Source: Candidatus Thorarchaeota archaeon (lineage in GTDB: Archaea > Asgardarchaeota > Thorarchaeia > Thorarchaeales > Thorarchaeaceae). From it: a DNA stretch of 32,213 nucleotides. This document shows positions 16,574 to 26,727 of this stretch, piece after piece (positions within the stretch are counted from its first letter, which is position 1; each line of letters starts with the position of its first letter). A model generated the notes under the pieces. The model was not told where the DNA came from and made no database searches. It saw only the letters and a program-made list of their open reading frames with translations. A program made the position numbers and the translations under genes. The stretch lies in assembly GCA_048882385.1 (NCBI GenBank), contig JBHLRQ010000018.1:9614-41826 (forward strand), written 5' to 3'.

Positions 16574-19500
16574 TTGGTTCACATTGAGAAGCTTGTATGC
16601 AAGGGCTTCAAATCGTTTGGAAGAGAATCAGTCAGTATCAAGCTAAATCCGGGATTCACTTGTATTGTGGGACCAAATGGTTCAGGTAAGTCAAATGTTG
16701 TCGATGCTATTCTTTTCGTACTGGGACAACTCAGTGCTAAAACTCTAAGGGCTACAGTCTTCTCAGATCTGCTATACTCACCTCCTAAACCAAACATGCC
16801 GCCAAAAGCAAAATCAGCAATTGTTGAGCTTCATTTCGATAACAAGGATCGTGCGCTACAAATTGATGCTGATCGTGTTGTAATTGAAAGAGAGTTAGAT
16901 GACACTGGAAAATCAGTATGTCGAATAAATGGAAAAGTCGTCACGCGGACTGCAGTTCTTGATGTATTGGGCGCTATTGGAGTGGATCCGAATGGCTACA
17001 ATCTCGTTCTGCAAGGAGAAATTGCACAGATGGTCAAAGTAAGTCCAACAGAACGAAGAAAATTAATTGAAGAAATTGCAGGTATTTCAGCTTACGATGA
17101 ACAGAAAGAGCGCGCACTGAAGAAGCTCCAAGAGAGTGAAGGAAACCTTGGAAAAGTGGAAATGCAGCTCCAAGAACGACGTCGCCAGTTAGAGAAACTT
17201 GAGGAAGATATGTCTGATGCACGTCGATATCAGAATCTAAATGGTCAGATAAGAAAGCTCAGAATCGATATTCTTGCATGGAGTACGATCAAAGGAAAAT
17301 CAAGAATTGATACAATCAACGAAACACTTGCTCTAAGAGCAGAAGAAGCTGAGAGCTTGGTCAAGGAATTCGTTGAGGTGGAGAACGGAATTGTTACCAC
17401 TGAGACTGAGATTGAAAGAATAGATCACGATATTGATGAAATAACTGGAGGAGACTCGACGCGGGTATCTGAACAATATGGTATAGTATCTGCAGCAGTG
17501 AGTCATGTAAAAGCCGATCTTGAAAGAGCACAATCAGAGTTTGATAGAGCATCAGGCGAACGGAGAACTATCAATGAGGAATTAGAAACAACCCAAGACG
17601 AGATTAGTCACTACGAGCAAATGTTGAAAGAAAAGAATAGTGAACTTACCGATCTTGAGAAAGAGATTGCTAGTACAACAGCTGAGATAATACGGTTGGA
17701 GGATATGTCTGAGAAAGCTCAAGCCGCTTACTATGAAACTACGCTACGACTGCAGGACCTGAATAATCAGATGCGTCATCTCGACGAAGGAGTTTCTGAA
17801 ATCAGGTCAACAATAAAATCAGATAACAGAGAACTAGGACTAGCATATGAAGAAGTGCGAGATGCTACGGAAAGCCTTCAGACTGCTGAGAATGAGCTTG
17901 CAGAATTGAATGAGAGCATTCCTGAAAAGAGATCCGAGTTGGAACAGTCTATTGAAATTGAAAAGAGCAAGCAGGTCGAAATTACCAGTTTGACAAAGCA
18001 ACTGTCAACGGTAGATGCAGAGGTTGCAGAGAGCTCAAAGATTGTTGCACAGACAAGAGAAGAGCTCATCAAGGTGCAGGCACGTCAAGATGCTCTAAAG
18101 GAGGCTGAAGATGCGTTTCTTAAGAGACGCCAAGCAATAGCTATGGTTTTGAAACTCAGGGATGCAAATGTGATCAGCGGAATTCATGGCACTGTTGCAG
18201 AACTTGGAACCATTGACCCGGACTATTCAGTGGCATTAGAGATTGCAGGAGGAAACAGACTTTCTTACATTGTCGTTGAAAATGAACAGATTGCGACTGA
18301 ATGTGTGGAGATTTTGAAGAAAGAACAAATTGGAAGAGCCTCATTTATCCCTCTTGATAAGATAAAGACGAGTCCACCAGGAAAGCTGCCAAAGGATGAA
18401 GGCGTCATAGATTTTGCATTGAACTTGGTCAAGTTTGAACCAAAGATGAAACCAGCATTTGAATTCGTATTCTCTGACACGATTGTGACCGAAGATTTTG
18501 ATACAGCGAAGCGCCAAGGATTTCGTGGACAGAGAGCTGTATCTCTTGAGGGAGACCTAGTCGAACGGTCAGGCCTAATGACAGGGGGGTTCTTTCAAAA
18601 GGCTGCAGCTGGACTATCACTCCAGGTTGAAGACACTAGCCCTCAGATTGTAGAACGTCTTCAAGGTCTTGAAGAAATACTTACAGACCTGCAAGAAAAA
18701 CAGACATCCCTTCGTAAAGAAAGAAGCGAACTTGAGAAGGAAGTTCAAGGTCTAGAAAAGACAAATTATCGTCTTCAGATGGAATTGAACAGACTCATTG
18801 AACGTCTTGAAGAACAGGAATCAAGATCAGAGATTCTTAGAGATAGAATTGCTAAGGCTAACCTTACGATTAGTGAACTGGAGGACCAGGTAAAAGAACT
18901 TCAAGAGAGGGATGACGAACTCAGCATCCAACGTGAGAGAGTTCGAGCACAGCGGGATGATGCAAATCAGGCTCTGGTATCATCAGATGCGAACAAAATC
19001 AATCAAGAAATCAAAGATCTGAAAGAAGTCCAAGATCAGTACCAGAAGAACAGAGAGAAACTACAGAGTGAAATTACTTCAGTACGAGTGGCTCTGGATG
19101 AAAGACTTGGACCAAAAGCGATTGATTTGGAAACTAAGATTCAATCCCAAGACGCAATAATCCCAGGACTTGAAGAAGAGCTGAAACGATTACAGATGGG
19201 GCTCTCTGAGAGAGAGGAGGAGTTTGAAAAACTCAAAGAAGAGAGAGAACGCATAGATGATGCGGTAAAGGACAAGCGTGTTCGCCAATTCGAATTGAAA
19301 GAGGATCTCCGTAATCTTAGATTGAGACATGAGGAGATTCGAGAAGCGCAGACTTCCAATGAAAAAGCTGTCTACAGACTTCAGACCGAGCAAAATAGAC
19401 TGGAAAATGATGTTGTTGCATACGAAGCTGAGTTGAAAACTGTTGCAGATGTTCAAACGGCTCTTGAAGATAGAGCAGAGGAACGTGAACTCACATACAA

Positions 19501-20164
19501 AGAGATTGAAGAATTGGAAGAGAAAATCAAAGAGATAGAACGTGAGCTCGAAGCCATGGGTCCAGTCAATCTCAAGTCACTCACAGATTACGATATTGAG
19601 AAGGACAAATACGAAGAGATTGTTGACAAGAAGACTAGACTAGAGAATGAACGCAATGAGATTCTTGCATTCATGGAGGAGTTAGAGGCGGAGAAGACTC
19701 AGAAATTCTTGACCGTCTACAATGAGATTGCTGATAACTTCTCTAAAGTATTCGCAAAACTCTCTCCAGATGGAGAAGCAAACCTGATGCTTGAAAATCC
19801 AGAGCACCCTTTGATGGGTGGCATAACAGTCAGATCCAAGCCAAGAGGGAAAGAGCTAGTCACATTGGATGCAATGAGCGGTGGGGAAAAGACTCTAACT
19901 GGTCTTGCACTCATCTTTGCAATCCAGATGTACAGCCCAGCAAGCTTCTACATCTTTGATGAAATTGATGCTGCTCTTGACAACGTAAATGCTCACAATG
20001 TTGCTCTACTTATTTCAGAGATGTCAAAGAACTCACAATTTGTGGTTGTTTCACTTAGAGATACAACTGTTCGAAAAGCTGATTTATTGGTGGGAGTATC
20101 TAACCAAGATGGCATCTCAAGGATTGTTGCAGTCGATTTGGAGGAGGTCGCAGCATCGTCATGA
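16574..20164 (+). CDS. smc: Chromosome segregation protein SMC
   Basis: GFKSF, Walker A GPNGSGKS, VLQG Q-loop, coiled coils, hinge (GTVAEL...GRASFIPL), MSGGEK signature and FDEIDAALD. Confidence 0.98.
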   Translation: MVHIEKLVCKGFKSFGRESVSIKLNPGFTCIVGPNGSGKSNVVDAILFVLGQLSAKTLRATVFSDLLYSPPKPNMPPKAKSAIVELHFDNKDRALQIDADRVVIERELDDTGKSVCRINGKVVTRTAVLDVLGAIGVDPNGYNLVLQGEIAQMVKVSPTERRKLIEEIAGISAYDEQKERALKKLQESEGNLGKVEMQLQERRRQLEKLEEDMSDARRYQNLNGQIRKLRIDILAWSTIKGKSRIDTINETLALRAEEAESLVKEFVEVENGIVTTETEIERIDHDIDEITGGDSTRVSEQYGIVSAAVSHVKADLERAQSEFDRASGERRTINEELETTQDEISHYEQMLKEKNSELTDLEKEIASTTAEIIRLEDMSEKAQAAYYETTLRLQDLNNQMRHLDEGVSEIRSTIKSDNRELGLAYEEVRDATESLQTAENELAELNESIPEKRSELEQSIEIEKSKQVEITSLTKQLSTVDAEVAESSKIVAQTREELIKVQARQDALKEAEDAFLKRRQAIAMVLKLRDANVISGIHGTVAELGTIDPDYSVALEIAGGNRLSYIVVENEQIATECVEILKKEQIGRASFIPLDKIKTSPPGKLPKDEGVIDFALNLVKFEPKMKPAFEFVFSDTIVTEDFDTAKRQGFRGQRAVSLEGDLVERSGLMTGGFFQKAAAGLSLQVEDTSPQIVERLQGLEEILTDLQEKQTSLRKERSELEKEVQGLEKTNYRLQMELNRLIERLEEQESRSEILRDRIAKANLTISELEDQVKELQERDDELSIQRERVRAQRDDANQALVSSDANKINQEIKDLKEVQDQYQKNREKLQSEITSVRVALDERLGPKAIDLETKIQSQDAIIPGLEEELKRLQMGLSEREEEFEKLKEERERIDDAVKDKRVRQFELKEDLRNLRLRHEEIREAQTSNEKAVYRLQTEQNRLENDVVAYEAELKTVADVQTALEDRAEERELTYKEIEELEEKIKEIERELEAMGPVNLKSLTDYDIEKDKYEEIVDKKTRLENERNEILAFMEELEAEKTQKFLTVYNEIADNFSKVFAKLSPDGEANLMLENPEHPLMGGITVRSKPRGKELVTLDAMSGGEKTLTGLALIFAIQMYSPASFYIFDEIDAALDNVNAHNVALLISEMSKNSQFVVVSLRDTTVRKADLLVGVSNQDGISRIVAVDLEEVAASS

Positions 20165-20880
20165 TGGATGATGACTCACCTTTCTGGGCAACTCCGCCCT
20201 ATATTCTTCTTACAGATGTTCTTCAATTAGACAAAGTAGAACCATGGAATGTAGATGTTGGTAAGCTTGTTGCAGGATTTCTCGATGAAATGAAACGGCT
20301 TGGTGACATAGATTTCAGGATCTCAGGGAACGCATTGTATTCTGCTTCCGTGATTTTTATGAGAAAAACCAGAGAACTGGTTCAACTTGGTCTTTTGCCG
20401 CCCGAAGAAGACGAGGGTGAAGGAGAACTAGAAATTCCCCTTATTCGACCTCCATTCAGATTGACAAACAGAAGAGTGACAATTGAAGAGCTGCTTATTG
20501 CCATGGACCATGTTCTGAGCAAGGGAGATAGACAACGATCTACTCCAATCAAACAGAGATACAGAGCAAAATCGAGTCCATTGACCTTTCAAGTAAATAT
20601 TGACCAAGCAAACATCGAGGAAACCATCGCAGATGTCTATCATGATGTCTGTAAAATCATGAAGATTGGTGAAGTCACAAAATTCGTGGATATATTGATG
20701 AACAATACAAGACAAGAGATTGTGCGGGTCTTCTTCTCACTATTGTTTCTATTTGCTCGGGCGTACATTGACATCTGGATGGATGAGAAGAGCGTGATTT
20801 GGGTGAAACTCGTAGAGCCACCTGAAATTACAGATGATGAACCATCCGAAGAGGAGATTCAGCCAGGAATCGAAACATAG
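20161..20880 (+). CDS. scpA: Kleisin ScpA
   Basis: ATGA overlap with smc; VEPWNVDV, IDFRISGNAL, RRVTIEELL and VRVFFSLLFL. Confidence 0.9.
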   Translation: MMDDDSPFWATPPYILLTDVLQLDKVEPWNVDVGKLVAGFLDEMKRLGDIDFRISGNALYSASVIFMRKTRELVQLGLLPPEEDEGEGELEIPLIRPPFRLTNRRVTIEELLIAMDHVLSKGDRQRSTPIKQRYRAKSSPLTFQVNIDQANIEETIADVYHDVCKIMKIGEVTKFVDILMNNTRQEIVRVFFSLLFLFARAYIDIWMDEKSVIWVKLVEPPEITDDEPSEEEIQPGIET

Positions 20881-20890
20881 GGTGATTTGA

Positions 20891-21445
20891 TTGGAAGAAG
20901 ACATGATAACACTAGAAGCTGCACTCTATGTATCTGGAAGAGCATTGACTCTAGAAGAATTGTCTGATATCATTGGAAAGTCTCAATCTACTACACAGAA
21001 ATTACTTGACGACTTGAGTTTTGAATACAACCAGAAAGAAGGAGCACTGGAGGTTGTTGTTTTGCCTAAGGACCGATACGTGATGCAGCTAAAACCAGAG
21101 CTGACTCCGAGGGTTGGAAAACTAATACCAGGAGGGCTCCTTTCCTTTGCAACCCTTCAGACCCTTGTATACATCGCACTAAAACAACCGATTATCCAGT
21201 CAGATCTTGTAGCACAACGAGGAACACATTCATACGACCACATCAGAGACCTTGTTGACAAGAAATTCGTGGATGCAGTGCCAGAAGGTCGCTCCAAACT
21301 GCTTACGACAACCAAGCTATTTGCCGACTATTTTGGCCTAGACAGTGATCGTGTGAAGCTGAAAGCACAGCTCAAGTTCAAGATGAAGAAGATTCTTGAT
21401 GATCAACGAGAGGCTGAAGAGGCTGCAGGTTTGACTCCAGATTAG
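20891..21445 (+). CDS. scpB: SMC-Scp complex subunit ScpB (kite)
   Basis: LEAALYVSG, LQTLVYIALKQPI, RG...YDHIRDL and TTKLFADYFGL; GGTGA RBS. Confidence 0.93.
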   Translation: MEEDMITLEAALYVSGRALTLEELSDIIGKSQSTTQKLLDDLSFEYNQKEGALEVVVLPKDRYVMQLKPELTPRVGKLIPGGLLSFATLQTLVYIALKQPIIQSDLVAQRGTHSYDHIRDLVDKKFVDAVPEGRSKLLTTTKLFADYFGLDSDRVKLKAQLKFKMKKILDDQREAEEAAGLTPD

Positions 21446-21984
21446 TATCCGAACGGTATGAAGACTGATGTCCATAACAGGATTCCAAATACCAATAGGA
21501 ATAGTCCAGACACAAATCCTGTGTTTCTTTTGAACTTGATTAAAAGAGCTGTATGAACAACCCCATTCAATATTCCATTAAGCGAGATTCCTAGGCCATA
21601 GATCAATGCCCAAGGTGTTTGCGTGGCTATGGGAAAATAGAACAGAAAACTGAGCAATACAAGCACATGACTGAATAGAACCAGAAAATCACGACCCGAG
21701 ATTGGATCCTTTGGCGTCCCATCTTTGTGCTTCCTTAGCTGGGCTTCGACTTCCCAAGCCCTTGTGTAATTCTCTTCCAAGAAATGACCAGCCTGAGCAA
21801 AGCAGACCAAGAGGTACATCAAAGGTGAATAGGCAAATTCTACCACCTGCACAGGAAAGAGAATACCTGCAAGTATTGAAACTAATATCAGAAGCACGAG
21901 GAATATAACAAGTGGTTTGAATACCTTCATGACTAGCCACGGACACAACGCAAAAATTAGGATATTAGCGTATTGAATTATCAA
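21442..21984 (-). CDS. HXXEE-domain membrane protein
   Basis: HFLEE motif, NGVVH and NTGFVSG with several TM helices. The start may be ATG 21930. Confidence 0.72.
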   Translation of the reverse strand: MIIQYANILIFALCPWLVMKVFKPLVIFLVLLILVSILAGILFPVQVVEFAYSPLMYLLVCFAQAGHFLEENYTRAWEVEAQLRKHKDGTPKDPISGRDFLVLFSHVLVLLSFLFYFPIATQTPWALIYGLGISLNGILNGVVHTALLIKFKRNTGFVSGLFLLVFGILLWTSVFIPFGY

Positions 21985-22998
21985 TTAACATACTCGCGGA
22001 ATTGGTTCGCCGTATGGAACTTGAATGATTTTGCGTCCGCCAATTGTTGTTTTTAAAAGGACTCGTGCTTTCCCTTTCTGTACTTTGCCAACTACCTGAG
22101 CGTGTTTTGTGGTTTTGTGCCTAGCTAGTGCTGAAAGCAACTCATCTGTGCTGTCAGGGTTGGCAGTCATAACCACAGTCCCCTCGCAACTCATGTTTAA
22201 CGGATCTAGTCCTAATACATTGCAAAGAGATTGAACTGCGGGACGTATAGGTATCTTATCTTCCTGAAGTTCAAATTCAAGTCCTGATTTCGATGCAATC
22301 TCGTTGAGAGCAACTGCAGTTCCTCCCCTAGTAGGGTCTTTCATGGCATTGATCCCTCCCACATCGAGACAGTCACGAATAGGAATCCATAGAGGCGCAA
22401 CATCACTGATCAAATCAGTTTCAAACTGGAGACCTTCACGATGGGCAAGTAGAGATGTACCATGATCCCCGATTGGTCCGGAGAAAATAATATCATCTCC
22501 AACTTTTGCCCCACTGTCAGTTATTGGTTGTTCGAGATAGGGCACTCCTATTCCAGTTGTAGACATGACAACTCCATCGAGAGTTCCAGGTGGCATGACC
22601 TTTGTATCACCAGCAATCATTGCTACTCCAAGAGGTTCAATGATACTATCTAATGACTTCAAGACTGCCTGTAGTGTTTTTATCTCAACACCTTCCTCTA
22701 TGATGATCGTGTTTGTCATTGCTATGGGTTGAGATCCCATGACGGCTAGATCATTTATTGTACCGCAGGCTGTCAGAATACCAAGGTCACCACCCGGAAA
22801 GAAGACAGGATGGATTGTATGAGCATCTGTACAAACAATTAGATTGGCTCCTGCGATGTTTAGCGTCGCACCGTCATCCATCTCATCAAGACCAATTTCT
22901 CCAATCTTTCTATGACTGAAGGAAGGGATTATGACTTCTTCAAGGAGACGCTGCATAATCTTGCCACCAGCACCATGGGCAGACTCAATCTTAGGCAT
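21985..22998 (-). CDS. hypE: Hydrogenase maturation protein HypE
   Basis: AHGAGG, FFPGGDLG, GTINDLAVMG, GDTKV, MKDPTRGG and C-terminal PRVC; GGAGG RBS. Confidence 0.96.
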   Translation of the reverse strand: MPKIESAHGAGGKIMQRLLEEVIIPSFSHRKIGEIGLDEMDDGATLNIAGANLIVCTDAHTIHPVFFPGGDLGILTACGTINDLAVMGSQPIAMTNTIIIEEGVEIKTLQAVLKSLDSIIEPLGVAMIAGDTKVMPPGTLDGVVMSTTGIGVPYLEQPITDSGAKVGDDIIFSGPIGDHGTSLLAHREGLQFETDLISDVAPLWIPIRDCLDVGGINAMKDPTRGGTAVALNEIASKSGLEFELQEDKIPIRPAVQSLCNVLGLDPLNMSCEGTVVMTANPDSTDELLSALARHKTTKHAQVVGKVQKGKARVLLKTTIGGRKIIQVPYGEPIPRVC

Positions 22999-23149
22999 AT
23001 GTTATCCTCCTGCAGTACCGTATTTTGGTGCACACCTTTGAAGTATTTGAAGAGGATGCTTCGTACATGAAACAAGAAGTTGGCCACGAGGTAAGACTTA
23101 AAACGAATCTACATTGAGCGTCATTGACCAAACCAAGAGGTAGTCAGAA

Positions 23150-23527
23150 ATGGGTATCTGGCATAGAAGATCAACACGTACTTTCACTGGTGCTCGACTA
23201 GGACAACTAAGAAGTAAGAGAAAGCATCAGTTAGGGCGTGATCCAACTGAAACCCTAATGGGAGAAGCAAAGAGGATTACAATTGATAGTAGACGGAAAG
23301 CCAAGAAGATGCCAGCCCTTCGACTCACTCAAGTGAATGTCACAGATCCATCAAAGAATGTAACTTTTCGTGCTGAACTTCAGGATGTTGAAAAGAATCC
23401 AGCCAACATGGATTATCAGCGTAGAAAAGTCATTACACGAGGTACTATCATCAAGACCTCAAAGGGTCGCGCCAGAGTGACTAGTAGACCGGGTCAAGAT
23501 GGCATTCTCAATGCTGTTCTAATTTAG
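23150..23527 (+). CDS. rps8e: 30S ribosomal protein S8e
   Basis: KRKHQLGR, NPAN..YQRRKVITRGTII and ARVTSRPGQDG. Confidence 0.96.
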   Translation: MGIWHRRSTRTFTGARLGQLRSKRKHQLGRDPTETLMGEAKRITIDSRRKAKKMPALRLTQVNVTDPSKNVTFRAELQDVEKNPANMDYQRRKVITRGTIIKTSKGRARVTSRPGQDGILNAVLI

Positions 23528-23556
23528 AAAATCTGTTTTGATGCATCGGATTTCCA

Positions 23557-23949
23557 TTATGCAGGAGATTGTGAAACTTCGGCTTCAATACTTGTGATTA
23601 CGAATTCTTTTCCACCAGTGATTTTTGTAGAACTACCTCCACATTGGGGACATTTCATTGGTGCAAAAACAGCAACTTGAGATGGTATATCTGAGTTGAC
23701 CTCTGACGCACCCTCAAAGCCACAGTCGTCACATTTCAGACGACCTTTAGTCATTTTTATTCTGAGTTCAGCACCCTCTAGCAACGAGTTTCTACTTGCA
23801 ATCTCAAAATTGAAAACAAGTTGCTCAGGAACAAGAAAAGTGAATTCTCCAACCTCAACATGAACCACAGAGACTCTCGTGGCATTGTTGTTTTTTGCGG
23901 CTTCAACTGCTGTATCGACGATTGAACAAGCAGCTGAGAATTCGTGCAA
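23557..23949 (-). CDS. hypA: Hydrogenase nickel metallochaperone HypA
   Basis: N-terminal MHE, CDDC and CPQC, and GGKEFVITSIE. Confidence 0.95.
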   Translation of the reverse strand: MHEFSAACSIVDTAVEAAKNNNATRVSVVHVEVGEFTFLVPEQLVFNFEIASRNSLLEGAELRIKMTKGRLKCDDCGFEGASEVNSDIPSQVAVFAPMKCPQCGGSSTKITGGKEFVITSIEAEVSQSPA

Positions 23950-24079
23950 CCAATACCACCAGAACAGGAGTGGATTAATTCTAGTTAAGGCATTTCCGCT
24001 GTGGCAACTAGTTCAGACTCTTTATATGAATCATTGTTCATCCAAAGGGTATTCTGTTACTATTTGAGAGGGAGTAAAT

Positions 24080-24688
24080 TTGTCAAAGAGTACAAAGACC
24101 CCGAAAAAGAAAGGGACCACAAAGATGACTTCCTCAACAAAGAAAAAGGCTACAAAAAAGGCATCTGCTGAGAAGAAAGTTACTTCCAAGAAGAAGACAA
24201 AGGAAAAGAAGACGCCTAAGAAAACTCCTGCAAAAAAGAAAGTAGTAGAAAAGAAAGAGAAACCTCCAAAAAAGAAGACTAGTAAAACATCTACAAGTAC
24301 TACTACCCGTGTTAACAACAAAGCAATGCTTGAAGAATTGATGGTAGAAATTCAAAGCGATGATCAGCAAGTTAGTCTTGGCTCAATTGAACGATTGGGT
24401 GTACTTGATCATCCACAAGCTACTCAAGTTTTGATTGGAGCATTGTCTGATTCACGATATATGGTACGAATTCATGCTGCAGCACAACTCGGTGAGAGAA
24501 AAGACAAGAAATCTGTTGATGCATTGATTGCCTCACTAAATGATGAATCAGTTTTTGTCAGACAAACTGTTGCTGGTGCACTTGATAATATTGGAAGTAC
24601 AAAAGCAAAGAAAGCAGTAGCAAAGGCAGAAAAAGATGGTCTGCTTCTAGATGAGCTACCTGAGGGTAGAAGATTGATGGAGAAGTGA
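24080..24688 (+). CDS. HEAT (PBS-lyase-like) repeat protein with Lys-rich N-terminal tail
   Basis: About 75 aa K/T/P/A-rich N-terminus; repeats ALSDSRYMVRIHAAAQLG and SLNDESVFVRQTVAGALD. Confidence 0.82.
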   Translation: MSKSTKTPKKKGTTKMTSSTKKKATKKASAEKKVTSKKKTKEKKTPKKTPAKKKVVEKKEKPPKKKTSKTSTSTTTRVNNKAMLEELMVEIQSDDQQVSLGSIERLGVLDHPQATQVLIGALSDSRYMVRIHAAAQLGERKDKKSVDALIASLNDESVFVRQTVAGALDNIGSTKAKKAVAKAEKDGLLLDELPEGRRLMEK

Positions 24689-24782
24689 GAATCAGTTCTC
24701 AGTTTAGGGGGGGTATTCGACTACATTCTGCTTATATTGAAAGGTGTCTGGAATCAGATAGGAACTCAAGGAGATTTACACT

Positions 24783-25319
24783 TTGAATGACGAGATTTCT
24801 AGAATCGAGTCTAAGATTAAGGACCTTGACCTAGATTATATGAGGGGTCTTGTTTCAGAAGAGGATTACAATAAGCAGATTGTAGACTTGAGGAGTAAAT
24901 TGGAGATGGCTGGTGGGTCAGTTGAGGAAATATCATCAGTCCATCAAATTCAACCGGCAGAACTCCGAGCTGCAAAACTGCAACCTCCGCCATCCAAGAA
25001 GCCAGCAACAGTAGATCCTGTTACAGCAGTAAAAAGAACTGTTCAAGATATGAGACGAATTGCATTGGAGCGGATTGCTCAAGAGTCAGGTGTGTCAATC
25101 ATGAACGTGACAAAAATACTGAATGACCTTCTTGATGGGCGAGAGTTATCCGGGAGAATTGATCATGATCTGGGTGACTTCATTCTGGGAACTGGAACGG
25201 GTCCTGCTCCCAAGACTATTGCAGTTTGTCCATTCTGTAGAAACGACCTTAAGCGTATAGCAGTGAGAGGAGAAACGGTTACTTGTAGCATGTGTAAGGA
25301 ATCGTTCATTATATCATGA
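24783..25319 (+). CDS. PCI/winged-helix-like protein with C-terminal zinc ribbon
   Basis: IALERIAQESGVS...VTKILNDLL...LSGRIDHDLG matches the PCI C-terminal pattern; CPFC...CSMC; AGGAG RBS. Confidence 0.65.
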   Translation: MNDEISRIESKIKDLDLDYMRGLVSEEDYNKQIVDLRSKLEMAGGSVEEISSVHQIQPAELRAAKLQPPPSKKPATVDPVTAVKRTVQDMRRIALERIAQESGVSIMNVTKILNDLLDGRELSGRIDHDLGDFILGTGTGPAPKTIAVCPFCRNDLKRIAVRGETVTCSMCKESFIIS

Positions 25320-25334
25320 TGTCTTGCAAGAGGA

Positions 25335-26612
25335 ATGCACATGGACTTCTTTCAGGCATGTCTGAAAGCAGATGGCCGCACAGCTGTCAATGCAATTTGG
25401 AAAATGAGTTCTTCATCCCGTTCATCTGCGATTTGGGCAGTTTTAATGCATGGCGCTTCATGGCACGAGCAACGTACATACGATACACCGCATTCAACAA
25501 TTGTTGTTAACTCAATACACAGGATGATTGAAAACTTTGGAAATCATCCAAGACTTACACCAGACACGTCAGTAGAATCAATCATCACACAAATTGATGA
25601 AGAGCAAAGAATGGAATTACAAGAACTACTTATTCAACGTCTAGCTCTGTATTTAACAGATATTGATCATTGGGTCCCAGAGAAAGGACCAAGGTATAAT
25701 GTGGACAAAGGAATCGACTCACCAGATAACGCACTAAGGAAATTTTCTACTTCGATTAGGCAGAAAAGTGATGTTGGAGCCTGGGAAGCGGCTGTTATTC
25801 TTGCTTCAAAGGAGAATCCTGTGAGGTTGAAACGTATTGTTGCTTCACTCACAGCAGAAGAACCTGATCGACTGGGACATGGATATATCATGCCATATTC
25901 GCTCATCGCTGAACTTCCAGCTGCTGAATATACACGACCTCAGATTGCAGTCCTTTGGCACCTCATGGAATATCTCGTGAGGAAAGTTCCTTCGAAATCA
26001 CCAGATGGTTTCATGAAAGATGACAAGTTGTCTAAACTAACAAAACCGACTGATTTGACCAGATACGAAGATGTTTTCCCAAACGCTGTTGTGAACTTTG
26101 GAATTCTTGGACATAATGCAATATTCGCACAGCGAATTGCAGAATCCAATAATCAAGGGCTGCTGACACGAGCTAACGTTGAGTGGCTTATCCGTATTCT
26201 GAAACAGAATATTGGCAGTCCCATACAACCTAAGGAGAAGATATCTTTTGATATCATATTGGAGAAAAAATCTGAGAATGATTGGGACCAAGAACCAGTT
26301 GCAATTAGACTTCCTCACACAAAGAGTGTTGAGGATTGGCTTTCGAATGAACCTTCAGGGCTCTGGACTAAGATGATACACAAAGAATCAGCCGTGTTCG
26401 AAAGAGCGATTACTCAGCTCAATGACGAGGATTGGCCTCTGGTGAGAACGTTTCAATACCTCATGTCGACACTTCTTGGAAATCCAGGCTCTACTCACGT
26501 GATAATATTCACACAATCAGTCTGGAATTTGGTGGATTATGGTCTAGTCCCTCAAGATTTGGCCACTCTTCAGGTTCACAGAATGTTACGTAAGTACCTC
26601 TATGACTGGTGA
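25335..26612 (+). CDS. Hypothetical helical protein with four His-x-x-Ile motifs
   Basis: 425 aa ORF containing PHSTI, GHGYI, GHNAI and THVII. Confidence 0.7.
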   Translation: MHMDFFQACLKADGRTAVNAIWKMSSSSRSSAIWAVLMHGASWHEQRTYDTPHSTIVVNSIHRMIENFGNHPRLTPDTSVESIITQIDEEQRMELQELLIQRLALYLTDIDHWVPEKGPRYNVDKGIDSPDNALRKFSTSIRQKSDVGAWEAAVILASKENPVRLKRIVASLTAEEPDRLGHGYIMPYSLIAELPAAEYTRPQIAVLWHLMEYLVRKVPSKSPDGFMKDDKLSKLTKPTDLTRYEDVFPNAVVNFGILGHNAIFAQRIAESNNQGLLTRANVEWLIRILKQNIGSPIQPKEKISFDIILEKKSENDWDQEPVAIRLPHTKSVEDWLSNEPSGLWTKMIHKESAVFERAITQLNDEDWPLVRTFQYLMSTLLGNPGSTHVIIFTQSVWNLVDYGLVPQDLATLQVHRMLRKYLYDW

Positions 26613-26701
26613 AACTTCTGTTTTTTCAGAATGTTCCATTCTTTATAATGATAAGAGAGTGGGGAGAAAAATGGAACCTCTATGATTGCTAGAAGAATTG
26701 A

Positions 26702-26724
26702 TTGAGAGGGACTAGCCCTCTCAA
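26702..26724. terminator. Perfect 9-bp hairpin immediately downstream of tfrB
   Basis: TTGAGAGGG-ACTAG-CCCTCTCAA, located between convergent genes. Confidence 0.5.
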
Positions 26725-26727
26725 GGA

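Noticed and set aside
21985-23949. hypE and hypA as a hydrogenase operon
   Set aside because: They are separated by divergent rps8e, with no hydrogenase structural genes or other hyp genes in the window. Scattered hyp genes are ordinary in archaea.
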